DNA from: Candidatus Woesearchaeota archaeon | Lineage (GTDB): Archaea > Nanobdellota > Nanobdellia > Woesearchaeales > ARS49 | NCBI GenBank assembly: GCA_018302815.1 | Contig: JAGVZE010000015.1 | Span: forward strand, 2,328-66,327 | Length of the DNA stretch: 64,000 nucleotides | Reading direction: 5' to 3' | Shown here: positions 59,757-64,000 of the stretch, piece after piece | Layout: each line of letters opens with the position of its first letter | How positions within the stretch are numbered: the stretch's first letter is position 1 | Made by a program: the position numbers and the translations under genes | The notes under the pieces: generated by a model | Told to the model about the DNA's origin: nothing | Seen by the model: only the letters and a program-made list of their open reading frames with translations | Databases searched by the model: none

Positions 59757-60542
59757 TTAATCGAGACCGCACAATCTGCTCCCTGCAAGCTGGGCATATG
59801 CCTGAATGCCTGCCTCGTGCTTCAACGGATAGGGCCCTTCGCCTGAAACCAGAATTGCCATGCCCTTCTCTTTATGAATAAGGTCCGCAAGAGTGTGTTT
59901 ATCCAGCCCAAATTCGCAACGCCTTCGAACCTTTGCCATCATTTCGAGCCTTTTCACAGGGTTATCATCTTGCTCAATTATCCTTGCCCTATCAACTTCA
60001 AGAGAATCTTTAGTCACGACATCTTGCTCTATGATGTAGAGCGCACCATCAGTCTCTTCGTTCTCCTGCAAGAAAACTTTCATCTTGACAGTTTCGCCAT
60101 TTGCAAGCATCTCATCGAGCGAGCCGAATACGCGGGCGAAGTAGCGAGTTGTATTCAAGACATTGTTCCATTCATCAATTTTGCTTTCTTCCAACTTTTT
60201 CAATTTGTCAAGAAGCGCACCCATAACGTATTTATCATGCTCTTCAAGCGATATGTGCGCAAGTTCGTAGAGTTTCTTTCTCTCTTTATTAATATCCAAT
60301 TGATTTTTTCTCATCGTGCACCCCAGCAGGTGGCCTGCCACAGCGGATATCAGTCCTCCCGCATAAACACCGATATATTCGGGAGCAAGAGCGAAAATAG
60401 GAAGCGCGCCTATCGCGCAAATACCTGCCTGTTTGTAATCAACTTTTTCAACCCAATGCCCGTGCGCGAACCCGGCGCAGAATCCTGTGAACATGCCTGC
60501 GGCAATCCATGCCTCTTCAGACACGCGTGAACCTCGCGTCAA
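59757..60542 (-). CDS. Hypothetical membrane protein
   Basis: 3 Gly-rich N-terminal TM segments followed by a soluble domain. Confidence 0.6.
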   Translation of the reverse strand: MTRGSRVSEEAWIAAGMFTGFCAGFAHGHWVEKVDYKQAGICAIGALPIFALAPEYIGVYAGGLISAVAGHLLGCTMRKNQLDINKERKKLYELAHISLEEHDKYVMGALLDKLKKLEESKIDEWNNVLNTTRYFARVFGSLDEMLANGETVKMKVFLQENEETDGALYIIEQDVVTKDSLEVDRARIIEQDDNPVKRLEMMAKVRRRCEFGLDKHTLADLIHKEKGMAILVSGEGPYPLKHEAGIQAYAQLAGSRLCGLD

Positions 60543-61245
60543 GATCGTACAGTTGAAGACCGGACGATTTCATTTGGTCCTCTGCCAGCAGGCGGGCTAT
60601 CGCGAGCAAACACTGGCGGTCTTCATCCTTGACAACACTCATCATATTCTGCACCCGAAGATAGACCACATCGTCTTGCGTGCGTCTTCGTTCAGGATTG
60701 AACGTGAGAGTTATCCTATCGGACTGAGATTTGAGGCTATTGTCCTTTTTGCTTAGCGGGCCGTTCATGGTGGTGTCGTACCACGCGTAAATCCTATCAA
60801 GAAGATGTTTGTCATCATCGATAGCGACAACAAGCCCCTGGAGCTTTTTCTCATCGCGAAGAAAATCGTACAGAATTTCCGCCCTAAATCGTTCCGTGCT
60901 CTTTCCAACTTCGCTTTGCATTTTGCAAATATCTATTATCGATCCTAAATTTTTTGAGCCATTCCTGAATTTATCAAGCATCCTTGAAATCTCAAAAGAA
61001 TCCTCAACGCTAAAATCATCATATTTGCCTTCGTGCAATTGGTAAATTCCGAGCGCAAGTTTTCTAACTTCGAGTTTTCGGCCTTCACCTTCATACTTGC
61101 CAGTAATATCCGGACAGCGGTTCAATTCCTCGGAAAAAATATCATCCCACGATTTGCCGGCAGCGTATCCGAACGAACCAAAACGCACTCCAGCACGTTT
61201 TCGAGCGTTAGAATACCCTCTTGGGCTTAGCGTGATTATCGTCAC
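60517..61245 (-). CDS. Hypothetical protein
   Basis: 242-aa ORF, GTG start, TTTTATA box upstream. Confidence 0.6.
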   Translation of the reverse strand: MTIITLSPRGYSNARKRAGVRFGSFGYAAGKSWDDIFSEELNRCPDITGKYEGEGRKLEVRKLALGIYQLHEGKYDDFSVEDSFEISRMLDKFRNGSKNLGSIIDICKMQSEVGKSTERFRAEILYDFLRDEKKLQGLVVAIDDDKHLLDRIYAWYDTTMNGPLSKKDNSLKSQSDRITLTFNPERRRTQDDVVYLRVQNMMSVVKDEDRQCLLAIARLLAEDQMKSSGLQLYDLDARFTRV

Positions 61246-61315
61246 TTAAGACAGCAAAGGCGTTCACGTATAAAAATGATGTGACAAAAAACGTCAAATT
61301 GGGCACAGTTTATTC

Positions 61316-62353
61316 TCAAATAAATTCTATGCGTTTCAACAGCTCCAGATGATCGGCCTTGGCCAGCTGCTTTTTGAACTCATAGTTGCAGGTTTTCGAA
61401 AGCGCGTCACGCTCTTGCTCCAGTGAATGGATCCGCTCGCTCGCTGCTTTGTCTGTTTTCAAATACCAACCGCTGCATTCTTTTGATAAAGCGCGCTCGC
61501 TATCCTGCTGGTGCGCCTTCACTTCCTCGCGGATTCCTCGATAGTCAGCTTTTGCGTATTTTGTGACTTCAAGATTACCTTTGAACCGCAACGTCATGAA
61601 CTGAAACCTATCAATATGCGCTCCGGACTGACACGGAAAGGTTATTTCTGGACTGTGACAGTCCGGAGCTCTTGTCAGCATGCTCTTGTTTCCAATCTTG
61701 TACTGCCTGCCCGCAGGATTGTTCGATGGGCTCACGAGCTCTTTTATCGTCCCTAAAGGAATTGATAACAGTATCAGCGGCGCCATAAATTTGTAAAGAC
61801 CACTGCGATCAGGGTCCTCGTAGCCAAGCATTCCGCGGATCATCATATAAGGAACATTGATCGGCCAGATGAGCGTGTATACCGCAGTCATGCCGAATAC
61901 AACTGCGCCGTCTTTCACGGTTGACCAGTCAGGCTTTTTCATCCAATCAAGAAAACCGCTCTCCCTGATGTCAAGATTCGCAGTCATCTGCTCATAGCAG
62001 TTTGAAATCTCCTGTTCAATGCTGGCGTGTCTTGTCTGTGTTGAAGTTGTAACCCCTCTCGCGGCAAGTTCCATCTCCGGCGAAAAATGTTCAGCTCGCT
62101 CCAAGAAGAGATTCTGTGCGGGCAATCGTGCGTCGTATCTATTATTCAACTTTGAAGTGTCAAGCACACAATATCTCACTTTCGTTCCTTCGACTTCTTT
62201 AACGCCAACGATGTTGTTTTCTTCGTCAGTGATCGGTTGTTCATATCGGTGCGGAACTTTCTCGTACGCAATCGCAGAGCCATTTGTGAGTTCGACAATC
62301 ACTCCTTCTGTTCCAACCTTTGTGATTTTCTGCACTTTTTCAGTCAAGCTCAT
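61316..62353 (-). CDS. Hypothetical membrane-hairpin protein, paralog 3
   Basis: MSLTEKVQKITKVG; central TM hairpin ...IWPI...KELVSP. Confidence 0.7.
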   Translation of the reverse strand: MSLTEKVQKITKVGTEGVIVELTNGSAIAYEKVPHRYEQPITDEENNIVGVKEVEGTKVRYCVLDTSKLNNRYDARLPAQNLFLERAEHFSPEMELAARGVTTSTQTRHASIEQEISNCYEQMTANLDIRESGFLDWMKKPDWSTVKDGAVVFGMTAVYTLIWPINVPYMMIRGMLGYEDPDRSGLYKFMAPLILLSIPLGTIKELVSPSNNPAGRQYKIGNKSMLTRAPDCHSPEITFPCQSGAHIDRFQFMTLRFKGNLEVTKYAKADYRGIREEVKAHQQDSERALSKECSGWYLKTDKAASERIHSLEQERDALSKTCNYEFKKQLAKADHLELLKRIEFI

Positions 62354-63345
62354 TTTAGTCCTCCTGTAACTTTGATCAAAGCATAATGCTCTTCTTTTGA
62401 GATGCTTCGTTCGAATTCGTAGAATCTTTCGATCAATGCGTCACGTTCATTAATAGTTCCATACAGTTGAGCCTTCACATCCTGATCGATTTTAAAGAAC
62501 CATTTTGCGCTCTTAAAATCATTGAACTTTTCCTTGTGCGCGTAGACTTGCCGGCCTTCACTGCAGTAGATTGTGTTTGCCTGCCTTGCCTGTTTCTTGC
62601 CATCATATAGGCTTAAACCGTCAGGAAGAACTATTGAATACGTATCGAACTGCTTTGGAGTTCCACGATCATCGTATTTGAAGATTAGCGCCGCAGCATC
62701 ATAGCTTTTGGTTTTACTTAAGGCCTTTTTATTCTGTACGCGATAAGCAGTTTTTGTTGGATTGATAAGTTCTGCAATCGAATGGTAAATCACTTGCGGC
62801 AAAGCCAGCGGAGCCAAAATTATCGCGGTTCCTAACGCGTTCGCCGCCTGCGATGGATTCATAAAATAATACGAAATCATCGCGGTAGGAGCTGCTATTG
62901 GCCAAATGGCCGTGAGCCCTGCGAAAGCGGCAACATTCAATGCGATTTCTTTCCATTGCCTGCGCGCGAACTTTTCTATCTGCAGGGGCTTCACTATAGA
63001 ATCATAGCACGACTCAATAGTTTTCTCCAGCTCGGCGTGCTTTTTTTGAGCAGACGTCACTGGCTTTTGCAGATATCTCTCAAAAGATTCTGAAAACTTG
63101 CCTTCTCGTTCTGGACCAAGACTTCTGTTGATTCCACAGTCAATCGAAGGACCCAAGACAAGGTACGATAAAGTGTTCGCTTCAACACGATTCGTTCCAT
63201 CAACAAAACCATTATCATCTATTACGACATTTTCAACAGTCCTTGACCGTTTTTCATACGCGATGCCAAACCCATTGCAGAATTCAACAACCGCTCCATT
63301 TTTTCCAACCTTTGTGATTTTTCGCACTTTTTCTGTTAAGCTCAT
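62350..63345 (-). CDS. Hypothetical membrane-hairpin protein, paralog 2
   Basis: MSLTEKVRKITKVG; ...IWPI...AELINP. Confidence 0.7.
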   Translation of the reverse strand: MSLTEKVRKITKVGKNGAVVEFCNGFGIAYEKRSRTVENVVIDDNGFVDGTNRVEANTLSYLVLGPSIDCGINRSLGPEREGKFSESFERYLQKPVTSAQKKHAELEKTIESCYDSIVKPLQIEKFARRQWKEIALNVAAFAGLTAIWPIAAPTAMISYYFMNPSQAANALGTAIILAPLALPQVIYHSIAELINPTKTAYRVQNKKALSKTKSYDAAALIFKYDDRGTPKQFDTYSIVLPDGLSLYDGKKQARQANTIYCSEGRQVYAHKEKFNDFKSAKWFFKIDQDVKAQLYGTINERDALIERFYEFERSISKEEHYALIKVTGGLK

Positions 63346-63346
63346 T

Positions 63347-64000
63347 TTAGTCCTCCATTCCTATCTGTTTCAATATTTCCTTTTGATCTTCACTCTCAAC
63401 CAATCGGTCAAACTCGCGCCACTCCTGCCACAATTCTCGCTTTCGTTTCAACGAGGTATAGAGCGCGGTTTTCACTGCGGGGTCAATTGAGGTGTAAAAC
63501 TTTGATTCGCGGTACTGCGGATGTTCTTCTCCTTCGCGTCGGCGCTGTTCATCCACAAACTCGTTCGCTCCGATACGTGATATGCTCAATCCATCCGCGA
63601 ATGAGAGGTTCATATGCTCGAAACTTTCCGGCGTTCCGTAGAATTCAACCGCGGCGTCACCATCCTCGCAGGTTTTTTTCAATGCCTGCCTGTTTCCAAC
63701 CGATCCAACCGAGTAGTATTTTCCCGAGCCAGAGATAAGCTCTTTTCCAAGATGGTATGCGAATGAGATCGGGCTGAATAACGCCATCAGCGGCATCAAT
63801 GGATACAATGCCAGTCCGAGAGCGCCCGAGCCCATATGTTGGCCTTTCTTTGATTCTTTCATCAAGTAATACATGACAATTGGATACAGCGGGCAGGCTA
63901 GCGTAGCGACAGCGCCCATCGCTAATATGGATGTCATCTGTGCGAGACTTTCACCGATCGCGAAATCCCTGTATGTATGCTCCTTGACATCCAATGGCGC
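63347..64000 (-). CDS. Hypothetical membrane-hairpin protein, paralog 1 (5' end beyond window)
   Basis: TM hairpin LYPI...KELISG; frame open to the window edge. Confidence 0.65.
   Translation of the reverse strand, partial: APLDVKEHTYRDFAIGESLAQMTSILAMGAVATLACPLYPIVMYYLMKESKKGQHMGSGALGLALYPLMPLMALFSPISFAYHLGKELISGSGKYYSVGSVGNRQALKKTCEDGDAAVEFYGTPESFEHMNLSFADGLSISRIGANEFVDEQRRREGEEHPQYRESKFYTSIDPAVKTALYTSLKRKRELWQEWREFDRLVESEDQKEILKQIGMED

Overview
This ~43% GC, gene-dense window is archaeal. It encodes uL16/L10e, an L13e-like protein, intronless archaeal tRNAs, TTTAWA TATA boxes ~22-26 nt before many start codons and GGTGA/GGAGG RBSs. The gene repertoire suggests a DPANN lineage such as Woesearchaeota (inference). 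It holds ~75 CDSs: many thiol/redox genes (ahpC, two CcdA-type proteins, msrA, nitroreductase, a flavin disulfide reductase, a Trx-like protein, a YeeE/YedE pair, rhodanese), two RNA helicases, a PadR-MacB-type ABC operon, two large N-glycosylation-sequon-rich surface proteins (one split by a 38-bp duplication) and two tandem paralog arrays. There are four tRNAs (Ser-TGA, Glu-CTC, Ser-GGA, Met/Ile2-CAT). The strongest unexplained signals are: (1) modular, hairpin-rich non-coding units stacked downstream of three tRNA genes, each ending in a copy of its own tRNA 3' end and sharing near-identical modules across loci; (2) a putative metal (Cu) regulon with a membrane-anchored wHTH sensor and a duplicated 41-bp promoter/operator; (3) unannotated microproteins, including a 21-aa Lys-rich CxxC peptide coupled to a CcdA-like gene; (4) a ~200-nt structured leader before the DEAD-box helicase. 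All calls come from reading the sequence by eye; no searches were run.
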